DNA of 64,000 nucleotides from a virus. Lineage: Duplodnaviria; Heunggongvirae; Uroviricota; Caudoviricetes. This document shows positions 31,246 through 41,794 of the stretch, in pieces (position 1 is the stretch's first letter; every line of letters starts with the position of its first letter). The notes beneath the pieces are model-generated. The model was given only the letters and a program-made list of their open reading frames with translations, ran no database searches and was not told the origin of the DNA. The position numbers and the translations under genes are program-made. Location of the stretch: positions 36,027-100,026 of IMG/VR virus record IMGVR_UViG_3300043438_000976; one strand, given 5' to 3'.

Positions 31246-32399
31246 TTCTTGTCCATTGGTGGATAGTACTTACGCAACCAATCAAGGTTTTCTCTTTCTG
31301 GGTGATCCTGGTACCATCCTTTGCCGCTATGCACATCATACACCATCTGGAAGTATTCTTCATACATCGGTGCTACTCGTTCTAGGCTAAAGTTCTCACC
31401 AAACGCACGACATGCAGCCGGATCGATCTTATCAATGTTTTCAGCGGCCCAAACAAACTGATCAAATGTTCTGCAACGATATCCAGTGACACCGTGTACA
31501 TTGTTCTCTGTAAATGATCCCCAATCTGTTGTGATAGTAGGAGTACCACTCAACAACATCTCTACTTGCACACCACCAAACGGTTCGGTATATAGACTAG
31601 GAACAAATGCTCCTTTGGCACGGCTCATTAATTTCTTACGAGTTTCAACATCTGCATACCCTACAAATTCTACGTGGCTTGGAGTTTCTGCGTAACCCAT
31701 TGATGCCAGGTTATTCTGACCAGCCATGATTAATTTTGCACCAATCTTTCTAGTCACTTCAATGGCAAGGTGTGCTCCTTTGCCTTCATATACTCGACCC
31801 AAGAACAGGAAGTAATCTTCTTTCTTTTCCGGCTCATAGGTAAAGTCTTCTAGGTCAAAGTAGTTAGGAACAACACCGTGATACCAATCTTGATTACATG
31901 TACCCACACTTTGTAATCCAAAGAAGGCGTGCATAATAGCATAGCTTTCAAAGATCTTCCAACGTGCCCAATGACCTCCTGCGTAGCCAATACCCGGCTC
32001 AACAACAATTAGGTCGTTGTGTGCATCACATACTGCACGAACACCAGATCCCCAGAATGGTAAGATAAAATCTTTAGGTTGTTTGCGTAGTCCAATTTCT
32101 CGGATAGCATTTGCATAGAATGTTTGATATGCATGATCGCCTGTATCAAACTTAAAGAAGTTTTTACGCCAGTCATAGCTGCCGTAAGCAATTTCTAAGT
32201 CTTTGTTTGTAGTGACCGTAACATGCTCGTCGCATACTAGGTCGCTGTCTTCATGTCCGTAGTGGATAACATAATGCCCACGCTCTTTCATCATCTTGCC
32301 GAATTTAACGACTTTCTGAGTATAAGCACAGGCATTATATTCTTTACTGGATACTGTGTGGGGCAAGCCCAATATGTGGAATCTGAATTTTTGGCTCAT
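31242..32399 (-). CDS. GT-B fold (family 4) glycosyltransferase
   Basis: [17 protein letters not shown] (EX7E), GVTGY. Confidence 0.88.
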   Translation of the reverse strand: MSQKFRFHILGLPHTVSSKEYNACAYTQKVVKFGKMMKERGHYVIHYGHEDSDLVCDEHVTVTTNKDLEIAYGSYDWRKNFFKFDTGDHAYQTFYANAIREIGLRKQPKDFILPFWGSGVRAVCDAHNDLIVVEPGIGYAGGHWARWKIFESYAIMHAFFGLQSVGTCNQDWYHGVVPNYFDLEDFTYEPEKKEDYFLFLGRVYEGKGAHLAIEVTRKIGAKLIMAGQNNLASMGYAETPSHVEFVGYADVETRKKLMSRAKGAFVPSLYTEPFGGVQVEMLLSGTPTITTDWGSFTENNVHGVTGYRCRTFDQFVWAAENIDKIDPAACRAFGENFSLERVAPMYEEYFQMVYDVHSGKGWYQDHPERENLDWLRKYYPPMDKK

Positions 32400-32411
32400 A
32401 ATTTAATTAGT

Positions 32412-32487
32412 TGGTGCTGCCTGTCGGAATCGAACTGACGACCTTCGGATTACAAAACCGGTGCTCTACCAACTGAGCTAAGGCAGC
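32412..32487 (-). tRNA. tRNA-Thr(UGU)
   Basis: Cloverleaf GCTGCCT/AGGCAGC, TTCGATT T-loop, anticodon loop TT-TGT-AA, encoded CCA; the anticodon stem has two mismatches. Confidence 0.9.
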
Positions 32488-32535
32488 AATGTTTTATTTA
32501 AGTAGCTACTATATTAGCGTTATTAGATCTGAATG

Positions 32536-33174
32536 TCAAGTTTCTCTGATCTCTTTGAGCTTACTCCAGTATTGAACAGTGAATCTATCGTACTCTGGAT
32601 TTTTATCTTTTTTCACTACAGGAGTTACACAGTGGTAGACTCTGCTAGGAAAGATGACTAATCTATTATTTTTAAATTGAATAGTTTTAAGAGGTTGTTT
32701 AGTTTCCCAATCGCCGAACACAAAATCCCCACCTGTAAATTTAGATGGGTCTTTAGCAAACATATAGTTCATTGTAGCAGTGGGATTATAATCTCTATGC
32801 CAACTGTAATGATCTTCGTGGGTATATTTGCTCATTAGCATCTGACTAGAATCAGTATATAACATACTAGTAAAGAGAGAATCATTTGCTTCAAGTAATA
32901 TCTGCTTAACTTCGTTGGACCAAATTCTCTGTTCAAGGTAAGTTGAAATTTGAAAATTGTTTGGTCGGGCAGCGTATTGCTGGAACAGCCACATATTCTT
33001 ACTGCTCTTCGAGCCGGGACTAATAACAATGCCTTGATTACTGTTGACCTTGCTAGTAATCATTCCAGGAATTAATCTACAAGCTTCGTTGATAATCTGC
33101 AAATTGTACACCCATGGTACAAAATCATCTATCACAATGTGGACAAATGGTTCTTTAAAAATTTCGTACTTCAT
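32536..33174 (-). CDS. Fe(II)/2-oxoglutarate dioxygenase (prolyl-4-hydroxylase-like)
   Basis: WHRD...NRLVIFPSRVYHCV...RFT. Confidence 0.85.
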   Translation of the reverse strand: MKYEIFKEPFVHIVIDDFVPWVYNLQIINEACRLIPGMITSKVNSNQGIVISPGSKSSKNMWLFQQYAARPNNFQISTYLEQRIWSNEVKQILLEANDSLFTSMLYTDSSQMLMSKYTHEDHYSWHRDYNPTATMNYMFAKDPSKFTGGDFVFGDWETKQPLKTIQFKNNRLVIFPSRVYHCVTPVVKKDKNPEYDRFTVQYWSKLKEIRET

Positions 33175-33902
33175 TTAGGATACATGTATAACCAGATCAT
33201 TGTGCTAGGCCTTGCTTCCACACATAGCAACATTTTATCATAATCATCTAAATCGTCAATTAACGGCATATAGGGATTTTTATTTCCTTGCCTAATCAGT
33301 TTAATATTGTGTGTTTCTGCAAATCGTGCAACTAACTTATCAGTTAGGCCAGGCCTATTACAGTCATGACTTTCAACCATTACTGCGGTCTTGGTTAGTT
33401 CTGGCATCACATTGAGGTCAAGTATTTCTTCTTCTGCACCTTCGCAATCCATAAAGATAAACGGATTATTAGCCGAAGCAAGGAATGATCTATAGTTGTC
33501 TATAGTGCAGTCTGTACTGAATAGAATTTTGTTTACACCGTTGGCGGCAGCATTTTCTCTTGCAATGTCCACAGCAGTTTTGTTTACATCAAACACTATG
33601 GTTTTTGTCTGTGTTCTTTTTGCCAAACCAATACCATAGTAACCTTCAGCACATCCTATGTTTAAGATTAGGTCGTGCGGTTGATTAATAACTCGTTCAA
33701 TGTCTTCAAATAGTTCACATTCATATAACCCTAGTAATTTGCTAGCACAGTCGCCATCGCCCCAGCTAAACTTGTGCAAAATTTTCATTGCTTGAAATGG
33801 ACCTCGATGTACGAATCCCTGTGTTCGTTGATACACTAATTCTGTAAGTTCTGCTCTACGTGCCCATGAGGCTTTGATATAGTTGTTTTTAACTTCTGAC
33901 AT
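33171..33902 (-). CDS. Class I SAM-dependent methyltransferase (FkbM-like)
   Basis: LNIGCAEGYY motif I, FMDCEGAE. Confidence 0.75.
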   Translation of the reverse strand: MSEVKNNYIKASWARRAELTELVYQRTQGFVHRGPFQAMKILHKFSWGDGDCASKLLGLYECELFEDIERVINQPHDLILNIGCAEGYYGIGLAKRTQTKTIVFDVNKTAVDIARENAAANGVNKILFSTDCTIDNYRSFLASANNPFIFMDCEGAEEEILDLNVMPELTKTAVMVESHDCNRPGLTDKLVARFAETHNIKLIRQGNKNPYMPLIDDLDDYDKMLLCVEARPSTMIWLYMYPK

Positions 33903-33903
33903 T

Positions 33904-34599
33904 TTAAGAATTCTTTTTTATTAGGTTAATTAGTTCGGGTGCTAAGATACTGTCAAAGTCTAGGCCTATGTTCATTCGAATACCAGTGCTAAACTTATGT
34001 ACACTATGCCACTCGAGATGATTGAACACATACCAATACCCTGGCTCTATTTGGGCACTGACCACATGTTCGATTTTATCTAAGTCTGGTATTCTAGTAG
34101 TGTGAATAATCTCGAATGGCTCTTTTTCTCGATACCATCTAGTCTCTTCTCCGTTACCTTCGAGTAGCATAAACAGAGAACTTTTTCTTTTATGACCTTT
34201 ATGGGGCGGCAGGATTTCTCCTCCGTGGCTAATTTGGAATATAGGAACTGGCTCGCCGGGAGTGGGTTCTTTTAAAAAGTCCGGAGTTAGTGAAAGGAAT
34301 TCAGAAGTATCATGTTCTGTAAGAAAATATTGAGTAAAGTTAATAACATTACTTTCTGTAAAGTATTCCTTGATTTGCCTGCCTCGTCGAATCAATTCTC
34401 TTGAATCTTCAATTCCTATTAAATTAAAAGTATCTCTTGGGTTATTTCTAGGGTCGTTGTAGTTATTTCTAAAAACAAGATTGTCTATGCTAAGTTTAAC
34501 TTGACCTAACAGATCCTGACAAAAATCATCTGCAAATTTTAAATTTGTTTTGTATATGTATTTGTCAGCATCAACACCTGATATTATAGTTTTAATCAT
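33904..34599 (-). CDS. Cupin/Fe(II)-2OG oxygenase-like protein
   Basis: LPPHKGH...WYVFNHLEWHSV...R. Confidence 0.6.
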   Translation of the reverse strand: MIKTIISGVDADKYIYKTNLKFADDFCQDLLGQVKLSIDNLVFRNNYNDPRNNPRDTFNLIGIEDSRELIRRGRQIKEYFTESNVINFTQYFLTEHDTSEFLSLTPDFLKEPTPGEPVPIFQISHGGEILPPHKGHKRKSSLFMLLEGNGEETRWYREKEPFEIIHTTRIPDLDKIEHVVSAQIEPGYWYVFNHLEWHSVHKFSTGIRMNIGLDFDSILAPELINLIKKNS

Positions 34600-34612
34600 A
34601 CTTTACTAAATT

Positions 34613-34713
34613 TGGTACGGTCGGTAGGCTTCGAACCTACAAGGGCGTCGTCTAGGACCGTGCCCGTTCCCCTCAGTGGACCTTGGGAGCTTTTCCAATT
34701 TGCTCACGACCGC
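34613..34713 (-). tRNA. Atypical 101-nt tRNA-like gene with a Leu-type body and aberrant anticodon/variable region
   Basis: Acceptor GCGGTCG/CGACCGT + A73 + CCA, D-arm AGC-AAATTGGAAAA-GCT, T-arm GTAGG-TTCGAAG-CCTAC; the central ~47 nt does not form a normal anticodon stem. Confidence 0.7.
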
Positions 34714-34715
34714 AA

Positions 34716-35510
34716 TTAATTATAACTTATTTTCTTCTCCGACGCAAGTCCTAGAAATATCAAAATTTGGATAACGTATCGACCGGGGTCAAACTGCCAC
34801 CATTCTTTTCCAATTTTCCAACTTCCGGGAGTAGTGTGATGGTTATAGTGCCAACCTTCGCCAAATGTTAAGTACGACCACCACCAAACATTATGTGACT
34901 GATCTCTATGGTCGGTTGCAACGCGAGTACCAAACATTGGGCTATGATCAATCCAGTTGCTCAACCTAGAAGCCATCGTGTTAAAAAATACAGGAATAAT
35001 GTAGAGGAACACAGCAATTATTGGATCAATTGCTACCAATACTGCTACAACCAATAAGACTATCGGCATATAGTATTCGTGCATAAATCTATGAACAGGA
35101 TCGTTGATAATATCTTTTACAGACCATTTGTTAAATTTGCCGCCGTAGTTACCAACAAAAGCACCTATTGGACCTAGTACTACTGGGCTGTGTGGATCGC
35201 CAGGCTTATCTGCAAATTTATGATGTTCTCTATGTACAAAAACCCATCCTACTGAGCTACCGGTGCAGCCTAAATTTCCAAAGAAGCTAAACAAATACTC
35301 TAAGGGTTTCCAAAGTCGATATGATTTATGAGTCAGCAATCTATGAAATGTAACTGTAATGCCTAAACATGTAATTAAAAAATATCCAAATAGAGCAAGC
35401 AACCAATTGCTCCAACTAACGGTTGTAGTTAGTGCCCACACAAACACTCCTGCAGATACGAGTTGCATTAAGATAAAAAACCATTCCCTTGGATAAAAAT
35501 ACTGCTTCAT
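34716..35510 (-). CDS. Membrane fatty-acid desaturase (Delta9/OLE1-DesC type), copy 1
   Basis: His boxes HRLLTH, HREHH, HYNHH and D.PHSP; probable start at 35510 or 35522. Confidence 0.9.
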   Translation of the reverse strand: MKQYFYPREWFFILMQLVSAGVFVWALTTTVSWSNWLLALFGYFLITCLGITVTFHRLLTHKSYRLWKPLEYLFSFFGNLGCTGSSVGWVFVHREHHKFADKPGDPHSPVVLGPIGAFVGNYGGKFNKWSVKDIINDPVHRFMHEYYMPIVLLVVAVLVAIDPIIAVFLYIIPVFFNTMASRLSNWIDHSPMFGTRVATDHRDQSHNVWWWSYLTFGEGWHYNHHTTPGSWKIGKEWWQFDPGRYVIQILIFLGLASEKKISYN

Positions 35511-35523
35511 TGGATACCCCATA

Positions 35524-35536
35524 TATAAATATTTAA
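35524..35536. promoter_or_regulatory. Back-to-back T4-like late promoter candidates
   Basis: TATAAATA (+, 35524-35531) overlaps TTAAATA (-, 35530-35536) through the palindrome TAAATATTTA, between divergent genes. Confidence 0.6.
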
Positions 35537-35547
35537 CCGTTTTTAAT

Positions 35548-36165
35548 ATGTCTGAATTTATTTTAATTGCCTTTTCGTCTTTGTCGGAGCAACAACGTCT
35601 ATACTTTTTTGATTTTTGCAAAGCTGCTAGCCTAGAATCTGATCAACCTGCAGCAACTAACATGTGGGACGATAATTGGGAAGAAGCTCCACATACCTTA
35701 CCGCATGTGTTACTAAAAACTGATCGATTTTCAAACGGCAATGGTGAATTTTATGTACTAATTAATGGAGAAACTATTGCTGCTTGCGGTGGAGTTTATC
35801 TAAGTGAATTTAACAAAGGCATCAGTTTAGCTGGAACTCGCACATGGACTGCAAAACAGTTTCGACATCGTGCGTTAATTAGAGATTACATTCTCCCCAA
35901 ACAAAAAGTATGGAGTATGAATAAAGGCTGTAAACAGGTAGCATTATGCTTTAATGATTACAATAAAAATATAAAGAACATTTTTTACAGAACTCGCCTT
36001 GGAGAACAAACAGGTCGAGTATTTCAGAGATCCCCGGAACATTTATTCTTTTCTAACATAAACGAACTACCCTTCCTTGTAAATATACAGTACACTCCGC
36101 AATGGGTGCTGTACGAAAAAATAGACGCAACCTGGGAGTTTGATTGGTCAGTGCTCAAAGCATAA
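35548..36165 (+). CDS. GNAT-fold acyltransferase-like protein
   Basis: FYVLINGETIAACGGV...RTWTAKQFRHRALI resembles GNAT motif A. Confidence 0.55.
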   Translation: MSEFILIAFSSLSEQQRLYFFDFCKAASLESDQPAATNMWDDNWEEAPHTLPHVLLKTDRFSNGNGEFYVLINGETIAACGGVYLSEFNKGISLAGTRTWTAKQFRHRALIRDYILPKQKVWSMNKGCKQVALCFNDYNKNIKNIFYRTRLGEQTGRVFQRSPEHLFFSNINELPFLVNIQYTPQWVLYEKIDATWEFDWSVLKA

Positions 36166-36602
36166 TCTTTGGTATAATATATTTCCTAGTATGGACGCTA
36201 CTGCTATACTGGATGCATCGTGCTGCCCATGTAGTACCATTCCTAAAAACCTATCATGTTGGACATCATCAGTTTATCGTTAATAATGAACCAACCTGGC
36301 ATTGGACTAATATTTTTATTTTTCAGGATAACAAAGTCAGTACTATAGATGTTTGGTTAACTGAAATTATACCAACTCTATTGTTTTGCTATATTACAGG
36401 ACAATGGTGGATTGCTGTGATATTTTATATATGGTCTGCATTTATTCAAGAAGCAATCGAACACAATCGAACCTTTGATATCTTTCCATTGAGTACTAGC
36501 GGAAAGTGGCACCTAGTTCATCATTTTAACGGACCGTATAATTATGGGATATTTCATCCCTTCTGGGATATATTATTTAGAACTTATAAGACTGTACCGT
36601 GA
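36144..36602 (+). CDS. Fatty-acid hydroxylase/sterol desaturase superfamily protein
   Basis: YWMHRAAH, HVGHH, EH, HLVHH, NYG...PFWDILFRT. Confidence 0.85.
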   Translation: MVSAQSIIFGIIYFLVWTLLLYWMHRAAHVVPFLKTYHVGHHQFIVNNEPTWHWTNIFIFQDNKVSTIDVWLTEIIPTLLFCYITGQWWIAVIFYIWSAFIQEAIEHNRTFDIFPLSTSGKWHLVHHFNGPYNYGIFHPFWDILFRTYKTVP

Positions 36603-37822
36603 AAATATTAATTCCGTCATTGAATGCAAATCTGCTGTGCTGTCTACAATCTTTAAATGATTTGTTAATAGAGTACGATGTTGTTATCGCTACTGACAAC
36701 ACTGAATTTGACTTTCTTATTAGAAAACTAAAAGGACTTATTCCTCAAAACAATATTAAAATTTATAATAGTGAATTGACCTACGATTCTACTACCCATA
36801 GTAGGTTTGAAATATTTCTTAAAGAATTGATTAAAGTTGAAGAGTACTGTTACATATTGCCTACTATGCCTGATTATATTAATCATGTAATTGCATCATT
36901 AAACTCAAAATTTAATTTGCCAGGGATAAAACTAGAACAATCAGCACTGTGCAATAAAGAAGCATATTATAAAATTTTTGAAACTATTGGAATACCGTAT
37001 CCTAAAACTTTTATAGATAACACTTCGTTAAAATTTCCTGTAGTTGTTAAACCGTCAGCAGGAACAGGTAGTATAGGTGTTAAAGTAATTTTTAATAATG
37101 AACAGTTGACGCAATTTTTTGATATTGATAAACACGCTTTACCAAAAATTGAATTCTGGAAGCAAGGCTACTTTGATTTTAATAGCAACTATATTATACA
37201 AGAATTTATAGAAGGTGAGTTAATCACAGTTTCTGGTCGAGTAGTTGGTAGTCAAATTACGTTTGATTCAATTTTTGATATAGAATCATCTCCCCCGCCG
37301 TGGTGCACAGAATTAGTGTTTCGATTTCCTTCTAAAATTTCTCGTAGTGTTATTGAAAAAATTAAAGAACAAGCAGCCCAATTTTTACAACATATTCAAT
37401 TGAATGATTCACCTTTTTTATTTGATGTGATTATTAGTGATACTGATTTTTATTTTATTGATTTTGGTATGAGGGTCACAAACAATCCCCAAAAACCATT
37501 ACATTCTTTGTGTAAAGAATACACCGGGTTATGGGTCATTTCTTTACTAAACAACCAACAGTACCAGCCAATATTTGACGGTGCTTGCATTTATCATAAT
37601 TTTAATTTTCCTGCAGGAACAATATCAAACATAGAATGCAAAAATAACACTGCTAATGAATTAGTATTACCAGATATCGGAAAACGAATATATCCGTCTA
37701 GACACGATATGCTAGCGAACGAGAAAGGTTATTTTATTATTGCAGATAAATCGATCACTGAAGTATCTAATCGTGCTAACAAATTGTTACAGTCTATCTG
37801 CATAGAATATAAAAATGATTAA
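36599..37822 (+). CDS. ATP-grasp ligase
   Basis: FPVVVKPSAGTGSIGV, IIQEFIEG, FYFIDFGMR. Confidence 0.85.
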   Translation: MKILIPSLNANLLCCLQSLNDLLIEYDVVIATDNTEFDFLIRKLKGLIPQNNIKIYNSELTYDSTTHSRFEIFLKELIKVEEYCYILPTMPDYINHVIASLNSKFNLPGIKLEQSALCNKEAYYKIFETIGIPYPKTFIDNTSLKFPVVVKPSAGTGSIGVKVIFNNEQLTQFFDIDKHALPKIEFWKQGYFDFNSNYIIQEFIEGELITVSGRVVGSQITFDSIFDIESSPPPWCTELVFRFPSKISRSVIEKIKEQAAQFLQHIQLNDSPFLFDVIISDTDFYFIDFGMRVTNNPQKPLHSLCKEYTGLWVISLLNNQQYQPIFDGACIYHNFNFPAGTISNIECKNNTANELVLPDIGKRIYPSRHDMLANEKGYFIIADKSITEVSNRANKLLQSICIEYKND

Positions 37823-38468
37823 TAGATTTTTAGATCCAGCTAATGTTGATGATGTAAAGCAACTAAACGAAATACTCGATCTTTATTTGCAAGGAGAATT
37901 TCAACGAACTAATCCTATATACGCATATAAGAATCAAGTAGGTGTTGTTACATGGATTAAAGACACGTTTAATAAAGCATCTCAAAATGATTTTATTATA
38001 ACAGGACAGTTTATCAATGGCAGATTAGAACAAATATTTGTTGCGTACAAGTTAGAAGTAGTTTGGGGCATTAAAGAAAGTTACTGGCCTTATTGGTGCG
38101 TAGGGTTAGTATATTTCAGAGAAACATCCTGGGCTACACCTGCTGATAAAATTTTATCAATAGAAGCATTATCTACTTCATTCTTTGAAGCACAAGGATA
38201 TTATACTGGGTACATGGTAATTAAAGCACCGAAGGGTTTAGTAAACATGACTGATTTTTCTAAGGCAGACGAATATATTGACAAAGTGTTTACAAAAACT
38301 ATTCCGGGGCTGACTCATAATTTTAGAGTAGAACAGATATTTAGATCTCAACAAGATTTAGATTCTTTTAAATTTAAAGGTCTTAGTTTTATTTTACCAA
38401 AGTCTATTTTGGGCCCGGTAGTTTTATTATCATTCACGCTTAAACACCAATATCGACTGTGCCGGTAA
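37815..38468 (+). CDS. GNAT-like hypothetical protein (paralog family with 41177 and 47999)
   Basis: GQFINGRL...W.V...FEAQGYYTGY pattern. Confidence 0.5.
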   Translation: MINRFLDPANVDDVKQLNEILDLYLQGEFQRTNPIYAYKNQVGVVTWIKDTFNKASQNDFIITGQFINGRLEQIFVAYKLEVVWGIKESYWPYWCVGLVYFRETSWATPADKILSIEALSTSFFEAQGYYTGYMVIKAPKGLVNMTDFSKADEYIDKVFTKTIPGLTHNFRVEQIFRSQQDLDSFKFKGLSFILPKSILGPVVLLSFTLKHQYRLCR

Positions 38469-39271
38469 ATAGCAGCATGTTTAATCCTATCCTTAAAAAC
38501 TTGAAAGAAGTGCCTAACCTTCTGCTAATATTAACACCGACTTTGCTGTTAGGTATGTGGGCCTGCTATGATATTGTTGCAAACTATGAACATATTAAAC
38601 TAATATATTTCTTGCTAGGATATTTTGTAATCAACATTATCGGAGTGACTGCCGGACTTCACAGGTATTTTAGTCATAGAAGTTTTAAAGCAAGTAAATG
38701 GAAAGAACGCCTCATGTTGTGGGCCGCAGTGATTGCAGGACAGGGTAGTCCTGTTTGGTGGGTAGCGTTACATAGAGGATATCATCACCGGTGCAGTGAT
38801 ACTGAATTAGATCATCATAGCCCTATACATGGGTTTTGGCATAGCTTTATCCTTTGGATGTACCGCATTAAACCCTCCGCAGTTAATTTTAAATATGCAA
38901 TCGATTGCCTTCGTAATCCAGATGTAGTATGGTTTAGTACTCACTATAACAAAGTTTGGGTAGTTTCTAATTTGATATTTTTAATTATCAGTTGGGATTT
39001 CTTTTTATATTTCTCCATACTGGCTGCTTTTGTTACCTTAATCACGTATAATATTACTAATAGTTTAAATCATACACCTGGCTTTGGATATACAAATTTT
39101 GATACTAAAGATAATAGTATGAATGTTTGGTGGCTCTGGCCATTTGTATTCGGGGAAACATGGCACAACAATCATCATGCCAAACCTGGAAAAAGCTACC
39201 TTGGTGTTAAATGGTGGGAAATTGACCCAGCCGGAACATTTATTAAGATGTTCCAAGATCGAAAAAAATGA
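38459..39271 (+). CDS. Membrane fatty-acid desaturase, copy 2
   Basis: HRYFSH, HRGYHH, HNNHH. Confidence 0.9.
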   Translation: MPVNSSMFNPILKNLKEVPNLLLILTPTLLLGMWACYDIVANYEHIKLIYFLLGYFVINIIGVTAGLHRYFSHRSFKASKWKERLMLWAAVIAGQGSPVWWVALHRGYHHRCSDTELDHHSPIHGFWHSFILWMYRIKPSAVNFKYAIDCLRNPDVVWFSTHYNKVWVVSNLIFLIISWDFFLYFSILAAFVTLITYNITNSLNHTPGFGYTNFDTKDNSMNVWWLWPFVFGETWHNNHHAKPGKSYLGVKWWEIDPAGTFIKMFQDRKK

Positions 39272-41169
39272 AAATCGGATTTGTACATCTACCTATCAGC
39301 AACAACCTTATACATTATCCCTTATCCTGGCTAATAGTTAAGACCACTGTTGAAACTAAATCTAAAAATAAATTTAATTTTCTAGATCCTATAATACACA
39401 ATCACGAAATAGATGACGCTTATCTAAAAAATAGTGACATCTTGATGGTTAGTCTCTATGCATGGAATAGAAATTTAACAATGAAGATTGTTGATAGGTA
39501 CAGAAATTTAAATCCTAAGGGTGTGATTATTGCTGGTGGCCCACATACATTGGAAAATGATACAGAAATATTTGAGTTTGTAGTTACTAACGAAGCAGAA
39601 ACATGCATTCATTTAATTGTTGATAAAATTAAAGGGGAACCAATTGATAGAATTCCCTGTACTAAAAGCAAATCATTATCAGAATATTTCGTAGAAAAGA
39701 TAACTGATTTTTCTGTTAGTGCATATCTATTCCAAAAAGACACAATATTAGATCTAAAAGAAAAATTCAGTAGCTTTAATATGAGCATAATTTTAGAAAC
39801 TAATAGGGGATGCCCCTATGGATGTACATTTTGTGATTGGGGATCTTCCACACTATCAAAAATTAGACAGCGGCCTTTTGATGTAGTTAAAGCTGAAATA
39901 GAATTTATTGCCAGTTTAGATCCGAACTATGTTTATCTAGCTGATGCAAATTTTGGTATCCTTCCTAGAGATGTTGAAATTGCAAAGATTATTGCAGATG
40001 TAAAATCTAAAACAAATCAGCCAAAAAATATGTATGTCAGTTATAGTAAAAATAATTTAGATAGGAATTTAGAAATTGCAGACATATTATTTTCAAGTGG
40101 TGCAACTAGTAACTATACGTTCAGTCTTCAGCATACTGACAAAGAAGTCTTAGAAATTATTGATAGAATTAATCCGCATATCGATAAACTTAGAAAACTG
40201 TCCGATAAACTTTTAGAAAAAAAGATACCTACATTTACACAGCTAATAATTGGCAACCCGGGCGATACTCCTAAAAAATGGCGTAAGTGTTTGTATGATG
40301 TGTTTGAACTAAACTTGCACGAAGAATTAAGGATGTACTACTTCTGTGTCTTGCCAGGAAGTCCAGCAGCAGATAAAAACTATATAGATCAACATGCACT
40401 ACAGTTTTCAACAGTAAACTACTTTAATCAGTCCTCGAAAGAGAAAGACCCTGATCAAATGTCTGATATTATAATCGGGTGCAAAACATTTGATTCAGAT
40501 GACTGGATTAAAATGAATATTTTTGGTAGGCTCATTCAAGCTCTACACGATTTAGGGTTAGTTAAAGTTATTGCCATTTATCTACATAATAAAAAAATTA
40601 AAAGCTATCAAAATTTTTATGATGATTTAATTGCTAAACTTGAAGAGAACTTTCCTGAGTTGTTTAAAGATTTAACTTTAGCACTCAATGAATGGATCAC
40701 TACAGATAGAACAATTTTAAATTGGAATCCAGACGGAGTTTCTGGTCTTGAGATAGAAGAAAAGTTATGTTTTCATTTTGTAAAAAATAAAGATAAATTC
40801 TATCAATCTGTGATAGAGTCACTACATCCTATATTAAATTCTAAAATTGAAGATTTAATAAAGTGGCAAAATAATAAAGTTATCGATATGGAGTATGATC
40901 CTACTTCGGGTAAATTATGTTCTTCCCTGTTTGATTGGGACAATTGGTTTGACAATAGAAATTGGTCAGCATCAATTTCATTAAGAACTAACAAATATAG
41001 ATATGTTGATAAACAAGTAGGAGTTAGTGACTGGGATAAACAAGAGATAATCTTTTACAGAATACCAATGGAAAAGAGACCACGAATGTTTGCATATCAA
41101 ATGTTCACCGGAGTCTCTCAAAGAAAAAACAGACTCTTTCTTAAAGAGATAGAAATTGTAAAAAATTAA
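39268..41169 (+). CDS. Cobalamin-binding radical SAM enzyme
   Basis: N-terminal VSLYAWN...IIAGGPH; ETNRGCPYGCTFC (CX3CX2C); DANFG. Confidence 0.9.
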   Translation: MKIGFVHLPISNNLIHYPLSWLIVKTTVETKSKNKFNFLDPIIHNHEIDDAYLKNSDILMVSLYAWNRNLTMKIVDRYRNLNPKGVIIAGGPHTLENDTEIFEFVVTNEAETCIHLIVDKIKGEPIDRIPCTKSKSLSEYFVEKITDFSVSAYLFQKDTILDLKEKFSSFNMSIILETNRGCPYGCTFCDWGSSTLSKIRQRPFDVVKAEIEFIASLDPNYVYLADANFGILPRDVEIAKIIADVKSKTNQPKNMYVSYSKNNLDRNLEIADILFSSGATSNYTFSLQHTDKEVLEIIDRINPHIDKLRKLSDKLLEKKIPTFTQLIIGNPGDTPKKWRKCLYDVFELNLHEELRMYYFCVLPGSPAADKNYIDQHALQFSTVNYFNQSSKEKDPDQMSDIIIGCKTFDSDDWIKMNIFGRLIQALHDLGLVKVIAIYLHNKKIKSYQNFYDDLIAKLEENFPELFKDLTLALNEWITTDRTILNWNPDGVSGLEIEEKLCFHFVKNKDKFYQSVIESLHPILNSKIEDLIKWQNNKVIDMEYDPTSGKLCSSLFDWDNWFDNRNWSASISLRTNKYRYVDKQVGVSDWDKQEIIFYRIPMEKRPRMFAYQMFTGVSQRKNRLFLKEIEIVKN

Positions 41170-41176
41170 ATAAGAC

Positions 41177-41794
41177 ATGCAAGAGACGAGAATTTTAACT
41201 GTAGATGACGCTAACGCATTGTCTAATATCTATCATCAAATTGAGCCCTGGCGTTCAGAACATCAGCCAAAAGAAAAATTTGACTTTTGGAAAAATTTAG
41301 AAAATGTCGAAAAAACATTGCTCGATAAGTCAGGAACTTATATTGGAACTTTTCAAGATGGGCAGTTAATAGCATCATTACGTATGACTTGGTGGAAAAG
41401 TATGCCGCATTGGAGTCTTGGTAATATTGTAACTAATATTAGAACACTAACAATTAATCTAGAAAAAAATGGTGTTGCAGCGGCCATGAAGCTAGCACTA
41501 GACTTAGCAGAGTCAAAAGGATATTTTAGGTTCTACACCTCAATTAGTGAACGACAAATGAGCCAAGAAATTTTTGATCTATGGCCTAAGTATGTTCCTG
41601 AACTAAACGATTATCTATACGTTGTTGAATTTGAGCATGATGGAGTCGAATCAACTGGGTTTCCTGTGTATGACATGTTACTCGAAAGTGCGAGACTTCC
41701 TCCTCCCTATAATTCAAAATACTACATTAGAAGTGCGACTGCAAAAAACAGTCGACGAAAACTTAAGATTCTCAAGGACCTAAATGAACATTAA
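41177..41794 (+). CDS. GNAT-like hypothetical protein
   Basis: YIGTFQDGQLIASLRM...W.LG...AESKGYFRFY. Confidence 0.55.
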   Translation: MQETRILTVDDANALSNIYHQIEPWRSEHQPKEKFDFWKNLENVEKTLLDKSGTYIGTFQDGQLIASLRMTWWKSMPHWSLGNIVTNIRTLTINLEKNGVAAAMKLALDLAESKGYFRFYTSISERQMSQEIFDLWPKYVPELNDYLYVVEFEHDGVESTGFPVYDMLLESARLPPPYNSKYYIRSATAKNSRRKLKILKDLNEH

